A DNA stretch of 62,036 bases from an uncultured Kingella sp. (GCA_916720425.1 CAKARD010000001.1:1-62036), one strand, 5' to 3'; counted from the stretch's first letter, positions 7,351 through 18,540 are shown. The notes: a model not told the origin generated them from the letters alone. Numbers and translations are program-made.

Positions 7351-9879
7351 TTAAAATACCGTACCTAATTGGAATTGGAAACGTTGAATCAAGTCATTAC
7401 TTTTTTTCTTTAAAGGTACAGCGTAACTTAGTTTAATTGGTCCTACGGGAGAAATCCATGTTAATGCAGCACCTGCAGAATAACGTAACTCTTCTTTAAA
7501 AGTGGATTTATGATCGCTGGTGTAGTAACCGTTTGAACCATAGGGGTTGGAAGCACTGTATGCACTATTGTTGTAAGTATTGCCGTCCCACACACTACCT
7601 GCATCAGCAAATAAACTTAAACGCACGCTTTTACTGTCTTTAATTCCAGGGAAGGGGAATAATAATTCTGCATTAGCGTTAACGGCAAATTTACCACCAT
7701 AGCTTTCAGTATCATATGAACCATCATAGGGATCAATATCATAGACGCGTGGACCCAACGAGCCACTTTCAAAACCGCGTACCGAACCCAGTCCCCCGCC
7801 TGTTTGATTATACATAAATGGTGTTTCTTTGGTTTTACCATAATGCCCACTCATGCCTGCTTGACCATTTAGCATTAAAGTGAAGGTTTTATTTAAGGGG
7901 AAATACCATGTTTGTTGGTGCCCTAATTGATAGTATTGTAAACCACTACCAGGCAGACCTATTTCACCCGTTACATTAGTATTATAACCGCTTGTAGGCC
8001 AGAATCCATCATCAGTAGTATTGCGATACCAGCTTAATAAACCCTTGTAAATCCAGTTGTTTTTACCATTTTCATCTACGAAGCGTTGATAGCGATAAGG
8101 AGCGGGATTATATAAGTTAACGGTCATGCGTTCCACGCCCAAGCCTACATTAATGCGATCATATTCGGTAATGGGTATGCCCATTATTGCTGTGCCACCA
8201 TAACGTGTGATTTTATAATTACGGGGGTTAGATGATAATTTGTGCGGATCATAGACTGAACCAAATAGACTGTAAGTCATGCTTACGCCATCTGGGGTAA
8301 AGTATGGATCGGTGAAGGATAAATTGGCAGATTTGTTTACTTTACTGCGAGATACACCCAATGAGGCAGATTTACCAGTACCAAATAAATTGTCTTGTGC
8401 CACACTGCCTGATAATACTAAGCCATCGTCCTGCGACCAACCTGCAGAAGCATTAATACTGCCTGTAGCGCGTTCTTTTACCTTAATATCCATATCCATT
8501 TGTTGTTCGTCTTCTGGCACGGTGCGTGTTGCAATTTGCACATCGTCAAAATAACCCAATTGACGCAAACGTTGTCCCGAGCGATCAATTTTAGCTTGAT
8601 CATAAGTGGCGGATTCCATTTGGCGCAATTCGCGGCGTACCACTTCATCACGCGTTTTATTATTGCCTGAAATGGTGATATTACGAATGGCAACACGATT
8701 GTTTGGGACAACGACGACATTAATATCTATGTAATTTTTGCCATTTTCTTGATAACGACGGATTTGGCTATCCACTTGGGCATGAGCATAACCCGCACTT
8801 TGTAAGTCGTAACGAATACGAGCCATGGCATCTTGTAAATGAGCACGGTTGCTTAATTTACCTGGTTTGAGATTTTTAAGATGGCTTTGTAATAACGCCA
8901 TTGGCACATCTTTGCTGTCACCCGTTACATTGAGTTGTCCCCAATAATATTTTTCGCCTTCGTGTAATTTTAAAGTCACGCTTTCTTGTTCTTTATCTTC
9001 ACTTAATTGACGTTCTACATCTTCATAATCAATATGAAAGTCAAAATATCCCTTATCATGATAGAAGGTTTCTAAACGTGCTTTGTCTGCGTTAAATTTT
9101 TCCCAAGAAAATACATTGGATTTGGTTGCCCAAGAGACTAAATTTCCATCCGTCAAACGGATAACGCGGCTAAGACGATAATCAGAAAAATGCTCATTGC
9201 CTTCAAAGATAATTTTGCGCACGCGTGTGGTAACACCTTCTTCAATATTAATGGTTACTGCGACACGGTTGCGTGCCAGTTCTTGGACTTCGGGGGTGAT
9301 TTTGACGTTGTTTTTACCTTGTTCGCGATAGGCACCATCTAACGCACGCAAAGCACGTATTAATGCTTCTTGACTGAAAAAATCACCTTTTGCTAAACCA
9401 GATGAGGCCAATGCGGCTGTTGTATCATAGGCAGCACGAGATTCAAATTGTTGCATTTTTTCATCATAATCTACACTGTCTTTTTTACTGTTGACTAAAT
9501 CGGCATCGCTGGCGGCGACTGTACCACGCACGCTAGACATTTGGCGCAAAATAGCATCATTAGGCAAAACTTTTGCCCCTTTAATGACTAGTTCGCTGAT
9601 AATGGGACGTTCTTTTACGGTGATGATTAGTTGATGACCATTTTGTTCTAATAAGACGTTTTCATAAAATCCACTGGCGTACAAACTGCGAATAATGGTT
9701 TCGCCCATGGCTTCAGTATAAATATCGCCCACTTTAACAGGCAAAAGTGAACGCACGGTGGCTTCTGATGTGTGCTGTTCGCCTTCTATGCGAAAATCAC
9801 TAATGGCAAAATCGTCTGCCCATACAGGGGACACCATGCCCATCGAAACCAAAAGTGCGGTTATTTTGTTTATTTTCAT
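7351..9879 (-). CDS. bamA: Outer membrane protein assembly factor BamA (Omp85)
   Basis: 842 aa. Long collinear similarity to the recalled Neisseria Omp85, for example GNNKTRDEVVRRELRQMESA and the C-terminal RFQFQLGT-F. Confidence 0.95.
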   Translation of the reverse strand: MKINKITALLVSMGMVSPVWADDFAISDFRIEGEQHTSEATVRSLLPVKVGDIYTEAMGETIIRSLYASGFYENVLLEQNGHQLIITVKERPIISELVIKGAKVLPNDAILRQMSSVRGTVAASDADLVNSKKDSVDYDEKMQQFESRAAYDTTAALASSGLAKGDFFSQEALIRALRALDGAYREQGKNNVKITPEVQELARNRVAVTINIEEGVTTRVRKIIFEGNEHFSDYRLSRVIRLTDGNLVSWATKSNVFSWEKFNADKARLETFYHDKGYFDFHIDYEDVERQLSEDKEQESVTLKLHEGEKYYWGQLNVTGDSKDVPMALLQSHLKNLKPGKLSNRAHLQDAMARIRYDLQSAGYAHAQVDSQIRRYQENGKNYIDINVVVVPNNRVAIRNITISGNNKTRDEVVRRELRQMESATYDQAKIDRSGQRLRQLGYFDDVQIATRTVPEDEQQMDMDIKVKERATGSINASAGWSQDDGLVLSGSVAQDNLFGTGKSASLGVSRSKVNKSANLSFTDPYFTPDGVSMTYSLFGSVYDPHKLSSNPRNYKITRYGGTAIMGIPITEYDRINVGLGVERMTVNLYNPAPYRYQRFVDENGKNNWIYKGLLSWYRNTTDDGFWPTSGYNTNVTGEIGLPGSGLQYYQLGHQQTWYFPLNKTFTLMLNGQAGMSGHYGKTKETPFMYNQTGGGLGSVRGFESGSLGPRVYDIDPYDGSYDTESYGGKFAVNANAELLFPFPGIKDSKSVRLSLFADAGSVWDGNTYNNSAYSASNPYGSNGYYTSDHKSTFKEELRYSAGAALTWISPVGPIKLSYAVPLKKKSNDLIQRFQFQLGTVF

Positions 9880-9884
9880 GTATT

Positions 9885-11225
9885 TTATCCAATCAAGCGA
9901 GTAATATCATTAAAAAAAGCCAAAATCATCATGGTAAGCATTACCATTAATCCTAAACGTACCCCCAATTCTTGTGTACGTTTACTCAATGGTTTACCAC
10001 GTAATAATTCAGTAGTATAGTAAATCAAATGCCCTCCGTCCAATACGGGAATGGGCAATAAATTCATGACACCCAAGCTAATGCTCACCAATGCTAAAAA
10101 TTCGATATAGGCTTGCCAGCCAATTTGAGCGGTTTTGCCTGCCACTTCGGCAATGGTAATGGGGCCTGAGATATGTGCCAATGATGCTTTACCTGTTACT
10201 AATTTACCAAAAAATGACAAGTTCATGGTGGAATAGTTGATGGTTTTTTGCCAACCCAGCTGTAAAGCTTGAGCTAAGCTTGGATAATAATGATAACTGA
10301 CTTTTTCGTGCCATGCTTTATCTATACCCGCACCCACACCAACACGTCCAATAATTTTATTTTCCAATTCCACACTATCTGGCATCAATTGTGTTTGATA
10401 TTCTTGATTATTGCGTACATAAGTAATTTGCAAATTACGCCCTGCATTTTTTTCTACTATCGCCACCCAATCATTCCATGTGGGTACTGCAATATTATCC
10501 ACACGAATAATGCGATCACCTGCTTTTAAACCTGCTTTATCAGCAGGACTATGGGTTTGTACTACACCAATTTCTTGACTCATTTTAAAAGGAGATAAAC
10601 CTAAGCCAATTTTGCGTTTCGCTACGGCTTTAGCATCGTTTGTACCTGTGGCATTAATAGTACGTATGATGAGGTTACCATCTTGAGTTTTGACTTGTAC
10701 AGGAAGTTCGCCTGTTTCCAAATTTAAGATAATTTTAGTATATGCATCGTTAAAATTATGTACAGGTTCGCCTTGTATACTGATAATTTCATCACCTGAT
10801 ACAAACCCTGCTTTTTGTGCAATAGAAAAAGGAGCCACTTCTCCTACAAAAGGACGAACTTCATTAATCCCCCCTAAACCAAAGCTTAGCCAATATAATA
10901 ATACTGCTAATATTAAATTGGTCAAAGGACCTGCCACCACTACGGCAATACGTTTGAGTGGCGGTTGTTTGTCAAATGCATAGGGTAAATCTTCCGATGC
11001 AACTTTACCTTCACGTGTATCGACCATTTTTACATAGCCCCCAAGGGGAATCATCGATAAACACCATTCTATATTGCGCCATTTTTTAGTAATCAGTCGT
11101 TTACCAAATCCCACCGAAAAGCGCAATACTTTAATGCCACACCAACGAGCAACGATTAAATGTCCCAGCTCATGTAGACTAATTAATAATAAAATTGCTC
11201 CTAAAAATGCTAATAAAGTATACAT
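9885..11225 (-). CDS. rseP: Site-2 zinc metalloprotease RseP
   Basis: 446 aa. HELGHLIVAR (HExxH), PDZ region and NLLPIPVLDGGH motif. Confidence 0.9.
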   Translation of the reverse strand: MYTLLAFLGAILLLISLHELGHLIVARWCGIKVLRFSVGFGKRLITKKWRNIEWCLSMIPLGGYVKMVDTREGKVASEDLPYAFDKQPPLKRIAVVVAGPLTNLILAVLLYWLSFGLGGINEVRPFVGEVAPFSIAQKAGFVSGDEIISIQGEPVHNFNDAYTKIILNLETGELPVQVKTQDGNLIIRTINATGTNDAKAVAKRKIGLGLSPFKMSQEIGVVQTHSPADKAGLKAGDRIIRVDNIAVPTWNDWVAIVEKNAGRNLQITYVRNNQEYQTQLMPDSVELENKIIGRVGVGAGIDKAWHEKVSYHYYPSLAQALQLGWQKTINYSTMNLSFFGKLVTGKASLAHISGPITIAEVAGKTAQIGWQAYIEFLALVSISLGVMNLLPIPVLDGGHLIYYTTELLRGKPLSKRTQELGVRLGLMVMLTMMILAFFNDITRLIG

Positions 11226-11278
11226 AATGTTTCGAATAGAAATTAAGGTTTGAGAACGGTAAATTATAGTAGATTAAA

Positions 11279-12454
11279 TCAGGTTTTATCTACCATAGCT
11301 TGGATTGCTTGGCGCACGCGGTTATCTAACCACAATAATTCTTCTATACTATGGGCAGATTCATGGCTATATAAAGATAAAGCCTGTTCCACCATTTGTG
11401 CAATGGCGGTAAAGCAAATTTTGTTGTCTAAAAATGCCGCTACGGCTATTTCATTGGCTGCGTTGAGTACACAAGGTGCTGCGCCTCCTTGATGCAAAGC
11501 TTGATAGGCTAATTTTAAACATGCAAAATGTTCAAGGTCGGGGGTTTGGAATGTTAATGCAGATAAGGTATCAAAATCTAGTTGGTCTGCACCTGATTCA
11601 ATGCGTTGCGGCAAACCCAAACAATAGGCAATGGGAATGCGCATATCGGGGCTGCCTAGTTGTGCCAATATGCTACCATCACGATAACGTACCATGCTAT
11701 GAATAATAGATTGCGGATGAATGACCACTTCTAAGCGTTTGGGTGGGCATTGAAATAGCCAATGCGCTTCAATCAGCTCTAAACCCTTATTCATCATGGT
11801 TGCAGAATCAACAGAAATTTTTCTCCCCATAGACCAATTGGGATGTTTAATGGCTTGTTCTGGCGTGATGTGAGCTAATTGTGATATGGGGGTATTCAAA
11901 AATGGCCCACCTGAGGCAGTTAAAATAATAGATTGAATGCCATGAGCGTCCAAATTGCCTGCATAATCACGTGGCAATACTTGAAAAATGGCATTGTGTT
12001 CGCTGTCTATGGGCAAGACACGTGCGCCATGCTGTTGTGCTGTTTGCATAAACAAACTGCCTGATACTACCAAAGTTTCTTTATTGGCAAGATAAATGGT
12101 TTTGCCAGATGCTGCTGCTGCCATTGCCGATGGTAAACCCGCTGCCCCTACAATCGCACACATGACCCCTGTGACTTCACTTGCAGAAGCGACATCTATT
12201 AAGGCTTGTTCACCATATAATACTTCGGTATTGCATTGTGCTTGTTGTAATATTTGGTTTAACTGTTGGGCATGATGTGCTTGTCCGACTACCGCAAAGC
12301 GCGGGTGATGTGTTAAACATTGTTGTGCCAAACGTTCGATATTAGCATGACCCGATAATGCAAAAACACGAAAATGTTCTGTATGACGCGCTATGACATC
12401 TAGCGTAGAAACGCCGATACTTCCTGTGCTACCCAATATTGTTAGCGTCTGCAT
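11279..12454 (-). CDS. dxr: 1-deoxy-D-xylulose 5-phosphate reductoisomerase
   Basis: Start moved to MQTLTILGSTGSIGVSTLDV (the ATG at 12454). The ORF track extends 14 codons further upstream. Confidence 0.93.
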   Translation of the reverse strand: MQTLTILGSTGSIGVSTLDVIARHTEHFRVFALSGHANIERLAQQCLTHHPRFAVVGQAHHAQQLNQILQQAQCNTEVLYGEQALIDVASASEVTGVMCAIVGAAGLPSAMAAAASGKTIYLANKETLVVSGSLFMQTAQQHGARVLPIDSEHNAIFQVLPRDYAGNLDAHGIQSIILTASGGPFLNTPISQLAHITPEQAIKHPNWSMGRKISVDSATMMNKGLELIEAHWLFQCPPKRLEVVIHPQSIIHSMVRYRDGSILAQLGSPDMRIPIAYCLGLPQRIESGADQLDFDTLSALTFQTPDLEHFACLKLAYQALHQGGAAPCVLNAANEIAVAAFLDNKICFTAIAQMVEQALSLYSHESAHSIEELLWLDNRVRQAIQAMVDKT

Positions 12455-12697
12455 GATTACTGCTACTAAAAAATCAAAGCCATCATTATACTCCAAGCAA
12501 AGATAAAGGATTGTTAATCCTACCTATCATGAAGTTTTAATCTATATTTAGCGTATCTTACTGTTTTTATATTGTGTATGATGAAAAGATTAAAGGTAAG
12601 GTGGCATGGGTTTAATCCTGCTTTTTTACTATCCAAAAGATAAAAAAAACGTTAGCATATTTACTATTTTCTGCTTAAATTATGAAAGAGAAAACCC

Positions 12698-13753
12698 ATG
12701 AGCATACTTAACCAAGTCACAAAACTCGGACAACAAATCTGGTTAGACAATCTCTCACGCAGTTTGGTTCAAAGTGGTCAATTGGCCACATTTATTACTC
12801 AAGGTGTTTGTGGTGTAACGTCTAATCCTGCCATCTTCCAAAAGGCTTTTGCCCATGATGCGCTTTATACAAGTGAAATTGCTACACTTAAACAACAAGG
12901 CAAAGATGCTAAAAGCATTTATGAAACTTTGGCTATTGCCGATGTACAAAATGCGTGTGATTTGTTCCGTTCGCAATACGATCAATCACAAGGAAAATCA
13001 GGGTTTGTTAGCTTAGAAGTTTCGCCAGAGTGGTCGCATGATGTTACGGGTACGGTTGCTGAAGCCACGCGTTTACATGCTGCCATCAATCGTCCGAATG
13101 TCATGATTAAAGTTCCTGCTACTGATGAAGGATTAAGTGCGTTAACGATACTTGTTGCTCAAGGTATTAGTGTTAATCTCACATTACTTTTTTCGCGCCA
13201 ACAAACACGCAAAGCTTATGCTGCTTATTACGAGGGAATAAAACAACGTTTGGCACAAGGTAGTGATGTTCGTTCTATACAAGTGGTGGCCAGTTTCTTT
13301 ATTTCACGTGTAGACAGTGCTTTGGATTATACCTTGCCTCAAAATTTACAAGGAAAAGTAGCATTATCTTTGGCAAAGGCTGCTTATCGCGATTGGCAAG
13401 ATGAGTTTGCTAGCACTGGATTTTTATCCTTAGCACAGCAAGGTGTAAATAAAGTATCTTTATTATGGGCATCTACAGGTGTGAAAAATCCTGCTTATCC
13501 TGACACTTTATATGTTGATGGCTTAATTGGAGAACATACGGTTAATACGGTACCTGATGCGACTTTGACTGCATTTATGGCTCATGGTACCGCCCAGAGC
13601 ACTTTAACACAAGATCAAGACGCTGCTTTTGATGTATTAGAGCAGGTTGCCAAGTTAGGTATTGATTTAGAAGTGCTTGCGACACGATTGCAAAATGATG
13701 GTTTGGAACAATTTGAGCAAGCATTTGACAAACTACTTGCGCCCTTAGCCTAA
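12698..13753 (+). CDS. tal: Transaldolase
   Basis: 351 aa. [12 protein letters not shown]...GVTSNPAIF...IKVPAT blocks. Confidence 0.9.
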   Translation: MSILNQVTKLGQQIWLDNLSRSLVQSGQLATFITQGVCGVTSNPAIFQKAFAHDALYTSEIATLKQQGKDAKSIYETLAIADVQNACDLFRSQYDQSQGKSGFVSLEVSPEWSHDVTGTVAEATRLHAAINRPNVMIKVPATDEGLSALTILVAQGISVNLTLLFSRQQTRKAYAAYYEGIKQRLAQGSDVRSIQVVASFFISRVDSALDYTLPQNLQGKVALSLAKAAYRDWQDEFASTGFLSLAQQGVNKVSLLWASTGVKNPAYPDTLYVDGLIGEHTVNTVPDATLTAFMAHGTAQSTLTQDQDAAFDVLEQVAKLGIDLEVLATRLQNDGLEQFEQAFDKLLAPLA

Positions 13754-13764
13754 TCTCACTTAAC

Positions 13765-13798
13765 TAGGGACAATAACGATGTTGATAGATTGTCCCTA
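13765..13798 (+). terminator. Hairpin downstream of tal; weak terminator candidate with no T-run
   Basis: Perfect 10-bp stem TAGGGACAAT/ATTGTCCCTA with a 14-nt loop. Confidence 0.35.
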
Positions 13799-13818
13799 CC
13801 GCTATTAAAGAGACACCT

Positions 13819-14283
13819 ATGAAATTTATTCACACTTTACTCACTCTTTCACCCAAAGCCATCAGTATGGGATTTATCATGGCAGGGTTATACAATCTTG
13901 TTGGTATTTTGGGTTTTACGCAATTTTTTACCGATCCTACACTTCGTAATACCGATCCTTTAGTTTTTTCGTGGTTAAGTCAAATCGGTATTATTTTATG
14001 GGGTGTGGCATATTTGAGCCAAACCAAGAATTATCGCTATAACCCGATATTAATCAGTGTATTTTGTATAGAAAAAATGTTGTATGCGTTTGCATGGGTT
14101 TTGTGGTTGGTGAAATCAGGCGATATGTTAGGTGCATTATTTCAACAATCTAGCATGATAGGCTTATTTTTTGCAATTTATGGTTTAGGTGATTTTTTAT
14201 TTGGCGTATTCTTTGGCATTATTGTATGGCGTATTATTCACGGTGATTTCAAACGTAAAAAAAACTTGGAGAATAAAGCATGA
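13819..14283 (+). CDS. Hypothetical 4-TM membrane protein
   Basis: 154 aa and hydrophobic. Its stop overlaps the cmk start (ATGA), suggesting translational coupling. No family recognised. Confidence 0.5.
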   Translation: MKFIHTLLTLSPKAISMGFIMAGLYNLVGILGFTQFFTDPTLRNTDPLVFSWLSQIGIILWGVAYLSQTKNYRYNPILISVFCIEKMLYAFAWVLWLVKSGDMLGALFQQSSMIGLFFAIYGLGDFLFGVFFGIIVWRIIHGDFKRKKNLENKA

Positions 14284-14939
14284 AGCAACGCGTCATTGCT
14301 ATAGATGGGCCTTCTGCATCAGGAAAAGGTACGGTTGCCGCTTTGGTTGCTGAAAAACTAGGCTGGGCGTATTTGGATTCGGGTGCTTTATATCGCTTAA
14401 CCGCATTGTATGCGCAACAACAAAATATTGCATGGGATAACGAAGTGGACGTTGCCTGCCTTGCCAGTCAATTACCTGCTCAATTTCATGGAAAAAGTGT
14501 CGTGTTAAATGGGGAAGATGTCAGCCAAAATATACGCAGTGAAGCGATTGGAATGGGTGCCTCTATCGTGGCAAAATTGCCCGCTGTTCGTCAGGCTTTA
14601 TTACAGCGTCAGCGTGATTTTTTGACTGAATCAGGTTTGGTTGCTGATGGGCGTGATATGGGTGCTGTGGTTTTTCCCGATGCTGATCTTAAAATCTTCC
14701 TCACCGCTAGCGCACAAATTCGCGCCGAACGTCGTGCCAAGCAAATTGGCGTTAATCTAGATACCCCCGCCTTCACCCAAATACTGGCTGACATCAAAGC
14801 ACGCGATGAAGCTGATTACCAACGCCCCGTTGCACCATTACAACAATTGCCCGATGCCTATTTGTTGGATACTTCACACCTATCCATAGCAGAAGCTGTG
14901 GCACAAGTGATTCATTGGTATCAGGAAAAGCAGATTTAA
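14280..14939 (+). CDS. cmk: Cytidylate kinase
   Basis: 219 aa with P-loop IAIDGPSASGKGT. Confidence 0.93.
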   Translation: MKQRVIAIDGPSASGKGTVAALVAEKLGWAYLDSGALYRLTALYAQQQNIAWDNEVDVACLASQLPAQFHGKSVVLNGEDVSQNIRSEAIGMGASIVAKLPAVRQALLQRQRDFLTESGLVADGRDMGAVVFPDADLKIFLTASAQIRAERRAKQIGVNLDTPAFTQILADIKARDEADYQRPVAPLQQLPDAYLLDTSHLSIAEAVAQVIHWYQEKQI

Positions 14940-15112
14940 ACTTAATAAACCAGTATAGTGCTTAGCTTTTGGAAACTCTCTAAAAATAAGCCGACTTGTA
15001 TCATGCATTTATTTTAGGTTGGGCTAATCTGTTTGTTTGCTGTGATAAATTTTATTTTTTATATATAAATTATTGTCATTTCATTTAATAATCATTAAGA
15101 AAGAATATACCT

Positions 15113-15931
15113 ATGCCATAACGCATTCGCTGTATCTGTTCTGTCCGCCTTATTACTGGTGGCATGTTCTGCTGGTGAACAATCTGCTTCTTAAATCTCA
15201 GTTGCTTCTATTCCTACCACCGCAACAGAGAGTGTCGCTGACATCCATGCTGCACAGTCTACTGTTTTGGTTGGTGCGGAATTAAATTTCCCACCTTTTG
15301 GTTTTAAAGCAGATAATGGTCAACCTGCTGGTTTTGAGGTGGATTTATTAAATGCTATTGCCAAAGAAGAAAACTTTGTCATTCAATTTGTTCCTATTTT
15401 GCGTGATAGCTTTATTGAAGGTTTAGAAAATAAAGTTTATCAAGTGGCCGTTGCGGCGATTGCTATTAATGCTGAGCGCAGTAGCCAGATTGATTTTAGT
15501 GATTCTGTTTTGGATTATCAACGCAAAATCTATTTATTAGATAATGAAAAAATAAAGATCTAAAAACAATAGAAGATTTTAAGGGTAAAAAATTGGCAGC
15601 CAGTCGTTCCTTTAATACAGCGCAAGAGATTGTAAGCTCAGAGAGCAATGTGGTTAAAACAGATACATTCTTTTTGGCATTGAAAGCCATGTATCTTGGT
15701 GAAGTAGATGGTACACTAGGTGATAGTCGTGTATTAGAATATTTTTCTAAAAACAATCCTGAAATTAAGACACGTAGCATTTCATTGGGTGAGCAAAAAC
15801 GTGAAATCGCATTTGCCCTGGCTAAAGGTAGTACTGAACTTTTGAATAAAATTAATAGTGGTTTGAGTAAAATTAAAGCCAATGGCACCTATCAGCAAAT
15901 TCTTGATAAATGGTTTGGTGCGACCAAATAA
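15113..15931 (+). pseudogene. Decayed family-3 substrate-binding lipoprotein gene
   Basis: The ATG at 15113 is out of frame with lipoprotein signal AFAVSVLSALLLVAC (from 15123). There is an in-frame TAA at 15192-15194 and a frameshift in the A6 run at 15547-15552, between ...LLDNEK and NKDLKTIEDFKGKKLAA... Confidence 0.75.
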
Positions 15932-15942
15932 CCATGATTGCC

Positions 15943-15974
15943 CCTTTTTGTTTTCTTGAGCAAAAAGGGTTTTC
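15943..15974 (+). terminator. Intrinsic terminator after the pseudogene
   Basis: Stem CCCTTTTT/AAAAAGGG followed by TTTT. Confidence 0.65.
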
Positions 15975-15995
15975 TTATCTAATGATATAGTAATA

Positions 15996-16023
15996 CTTGA
16001 TTTTCAGTAATTTTACCCCATAT
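15996..16023 (+). promoter_or_regulatory. Candidate sigma-32 heat-shock promoter of dnaJ
   Basis: CTTGATT, a 13-nt spacer, then CCCCATAT, close to consensus CTTGAAA-N13-15-CCCCATNT. Ends 33 bp before the dnaJ ATG. Confidence 0.55.
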
Positions 16024-16056
16024 AGACAGGCATTCTATTTATTCTAATGAAATATT

Positions 16057-17223
16057 ATGAGCAAAAACTACTATGAAACGTTGGGTGTGAATAAATCAGC
16101 CAGTGAAGATGAGATTAAAAAAGCCTATCGTAAATTGGCAATGAAATATCACCCAGATCGTAATAAAGACAATAAAGAGGCTGAAGAAAAATTTAAAGAA
16201 ATACAAAAAGCTTATGATACCTTGTCTGATCCGCAAAAAAAGGCAGCTTATGATCAATATGGCCATGCAGCATTTGAACAAGCTGCAGGTGGTGCAGGTG
16301 GTTTTGGTGCGGGTGGTTTTGATTTTAGCGGATTTAGCAATTTTGGAGGGGGGAGTTTTCAAGGCGATTTTAGTGATATATTTAGCCAAATGTTTGGCGG
16401 TGGTGGCGCACGTTCACACCAACAAAGCTATCAAGGTGCCGATATCGATTATGCAGTGGAAATTACCTTAGAAGAAGCGGCACGTGGCATAAGCAAAAAA
16501 ATCACCATTCCTACTTATGATGAATGTGATATTTGCCATGGTTCAGGTGCAAAAGCAGGTACACAAGCGAGCACTTGTCACACTTGTGGTGGTAAAGGTA
16601 CGGTGCATGTGCGCCAAGCCATTTTCCAAATTCAGCAAACGTGTCCCACTTGTCATGGTTCGGGTAAAGAAATTAAAGATCCGTGTTCTAAATGCCATGG
16701 TAGCGGACGCGTGAGAACCAGTAAAACAGTAGAGGTCAACATTCCCGCAGGAATTGATGATGGACAACGTATACGCTTAACTGGCGAGGGTGAACCAGGA
16801 ACTCACGGTGCACCTAATGGGGATTTGTATATTCATGTTGCAGTAAAAGCACATGAAACTTTCCAACGAGATCCTAGTAATCCAACCGACTTGCATTGTG
16901 AACTACCTATTAGTTTTGCTACGGCAGCATTAGGTGGTGAGATGGAAGTGCCCACATTAAGTGGCAAAGTAAAATTAACCATTCCAGCTGGTACACAAAC
17001 AGGCAAACGTTTGCGTATTAAAGGTAAAGGCATAAAATCTGTACGCAACAGCAGTTTGGTTGGTGATTTGTATTGCCATATTGTGGTAGAAACACCAATT
17101 AATCTAACGGATCGTCAAAAAGAATTACTACAAGAATTTGAAAGTATTGCTACGGGATTAGAGCGCAATCAAACCCCACGTCAAAAAGGATTTTGGGAAC
17201 GTTTAAAAGATCATTTTGATTAA
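16057..17223 (+). CDS. dnaJ: Molecular chaperone DnaJ
   Basis: 388 aa. J domain (HPDRN), G/F region and four CxxCxGxG repeats. Confidence 0.95.
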   Translation: MSKNYYETLGVNKSASEDEIKKAYRKLAMKYHPDRNKDNKEAEEKFKEIQKAYDTLSDPQKKAAYDQYGHAAFEQAAGGAGGFGAGGFDFSGFSNFGGGSFQGDFSDIFSQMFGGGGARSHQQSYQGADIDYAVEITLEEAARGISKKITIPTYDECDICHGSGAKAGTQASTCHTCGGKGTVHVRQAIFQIQQTCPTCHGSGKEIKDPCSKCHGSGRVRTSKTVEVNIPAGIDDGQRIRLTGEGEPGTHGAPNGDLYIHVAVKAHETFQRDPSNPTDLHCELPISFATAALGGEMEVPTLSGKVKLTIPAGTQTGKRLRIKGKGIKSVRNSSLVGDLYCHIVVETPINLTDRQKELLQEFESIATGLERNQTPRQKGFWERLKDHFD

Positions 17224-17259
17224 GTAAATATACGTTAGGTTGCGTATTTTATTAGAGAG

Positions 17260-17292
17260 AAGCCGCTTATATCTATTTAAAGCGGCTTTTTT
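17260..17292 (+). terminator. Intrinsic terminator of dnaJ
   Basis: Stem AAGCCGCTT/AAGCGGCTT followed by T6. Confidence 0.8.
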
Positions 17293-17368
17293 GTGGCGAT
17301 GACTTTACAATTACTGGTTTAAGGATTAAAAATATGTCTTTTTTCGTTTTTATTGTTTGGAGATTGTT

Positions 17369-18481
17369 ATGAAAGTTGGATTTGTTGGCTGGCGTGGCAT
17401 GGTTGGCTCAGTATTAATGCAACGTATGTGTGAAGAAAATGATTTTGCGCATATTCCAGATGCCTATTTTTTCACCACTTCTAATATAGGCGGTGTTGCT
17501 CCCGATTTTGGTCAAGCTAATAAGGTGTTGCTGAATGCTAATGATGTTGCGCAATTAGCCAAAATGGATATTATTGTTACTTGTCAGGGTGGTGATTATA
17601 CTAAGGCGGTATATCAACCATTGCGTGATAGTGGTTGGGCAGGTTATTGGATAGATGCCGCTTCCTCTTTGCGTATGAAAGATGATGCAATTATTGTACT
17701 GGATCCCGTTAACCGTGATGTCATTGATGCAGGTTTGAAAAAAGGTATTAAGAACTATGTGGGTGGCAACTGTACAGTTTCTTTGATGTTGATGGCATTG
17801 GGTGGGCTGTTCCAAAATGGTTTGGTAGAATGGGCAAATAGCATGACCTATCAAGCCGCATCAGGTGCAGGGGCAAAGAATATGCGTGAATTAATCAGTG
17901 GCATGGGTGCAATTTATGGACAAGTTGCGTCAGAATTGGCTGATCCTGCCAGCGCAATTTTAACGATAGATCGGAAAGTATCAGATTTTTTACGCTCAGA
18001 TGATTATCCCAAAGCCAACTTTGGTGTACCTTTGGCTGGTAGTTTGATTCCATGGATTGATGTAGATTTGGGTAATGGCCAATCCAAAGAAGAATGGAAA
18101 GGGCATGCGGAAACCAATAAAATTTTGGGTGGGCAACGTCCTGTAGTTGTTGAAGGTTTATGTGTTCGTATTGGTGCGATGCGTTGCCACAGCCAAGCCA
18201 TTACATTAAAATTGAAACAAGATTTGCCTGTAGCCGAAATTGAAAAAATTATTGCCCAAGCCAATCCTTGGACAAAAGTTATACCTAATAATAAAGAAGC
18301 GTCTATGAATGAGTTGACTCCTGCCGCCATTACAGGGACATTAACAACTCCTGTAGGCCGTATTCGCAAATTAGCCATGGGTGGCGAGTATATCAGCGCA
18401 TTTACTGTGGGTGATCAATTACTTTGGGGTGCAGCAGAACCCATTCGCCGTATGCTCAATATCGTATTGGGCAAATTATAA
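17369..18481 (+). CDS. asd: Aspartate-semialdehyde dehydrogenase
   Basis: Start set at [15 protein letters not shown]. The ORF track begins 4 codons earlier at a TTG. Confidence 0.95.
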   Translation: MKVGFVGWRGMVGSVLMQRMCEENDFAHIPDAYFFTTSNIGGVAPDFGQANKVLLNANDVAQLAKMDIIVTCQGGDYTKAVYQPLRDSGWAGYWIDAASSLRMKDDAIIVLDPVNRDVIDAGLKKGIKNYVGGNCTVSLMLMALGGLFQNGLVEWANSMTYQAASGAGAKNMRELISGMGAIYGQVASELADPASAILTIDRKVSDFLRSDDYPKANFGVPLAGSLIPWIDVDLGNGQSKEEWKGHAETNKILGGQRPVVVEGLCVRIGAMRCHSQAITLKLKQDLPVAEIEKIIAQANPWTKVIPNNKEASMNELTPAAITGTLTTPVGRIRKLAMGGEYISAFTVGDQLLWGAAEPIRRMLNIVLGKL

Positions 18482-18502
18482 GATAATAATTTAGTCTAAA
18501 AG

Positions 18503-18540
18503 ATCGTCTCAATCATCATGTCATTTGAGGCGATTTTTTT
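18503..18540 (+). terminator. Intrinsic terminator of asd
   Basis: Stem ATCGTCTCAA/TTGAGGCGAT (one G-U pair) followed by T7. Confidence 0.8.

Noticed and set aside
15547-15552. Phase-variable switch at the A6 run in the binding-protein pseudogene
   Set aside because: A6 is too short for efficient slippage, and the gene carries two additional independent lesions.
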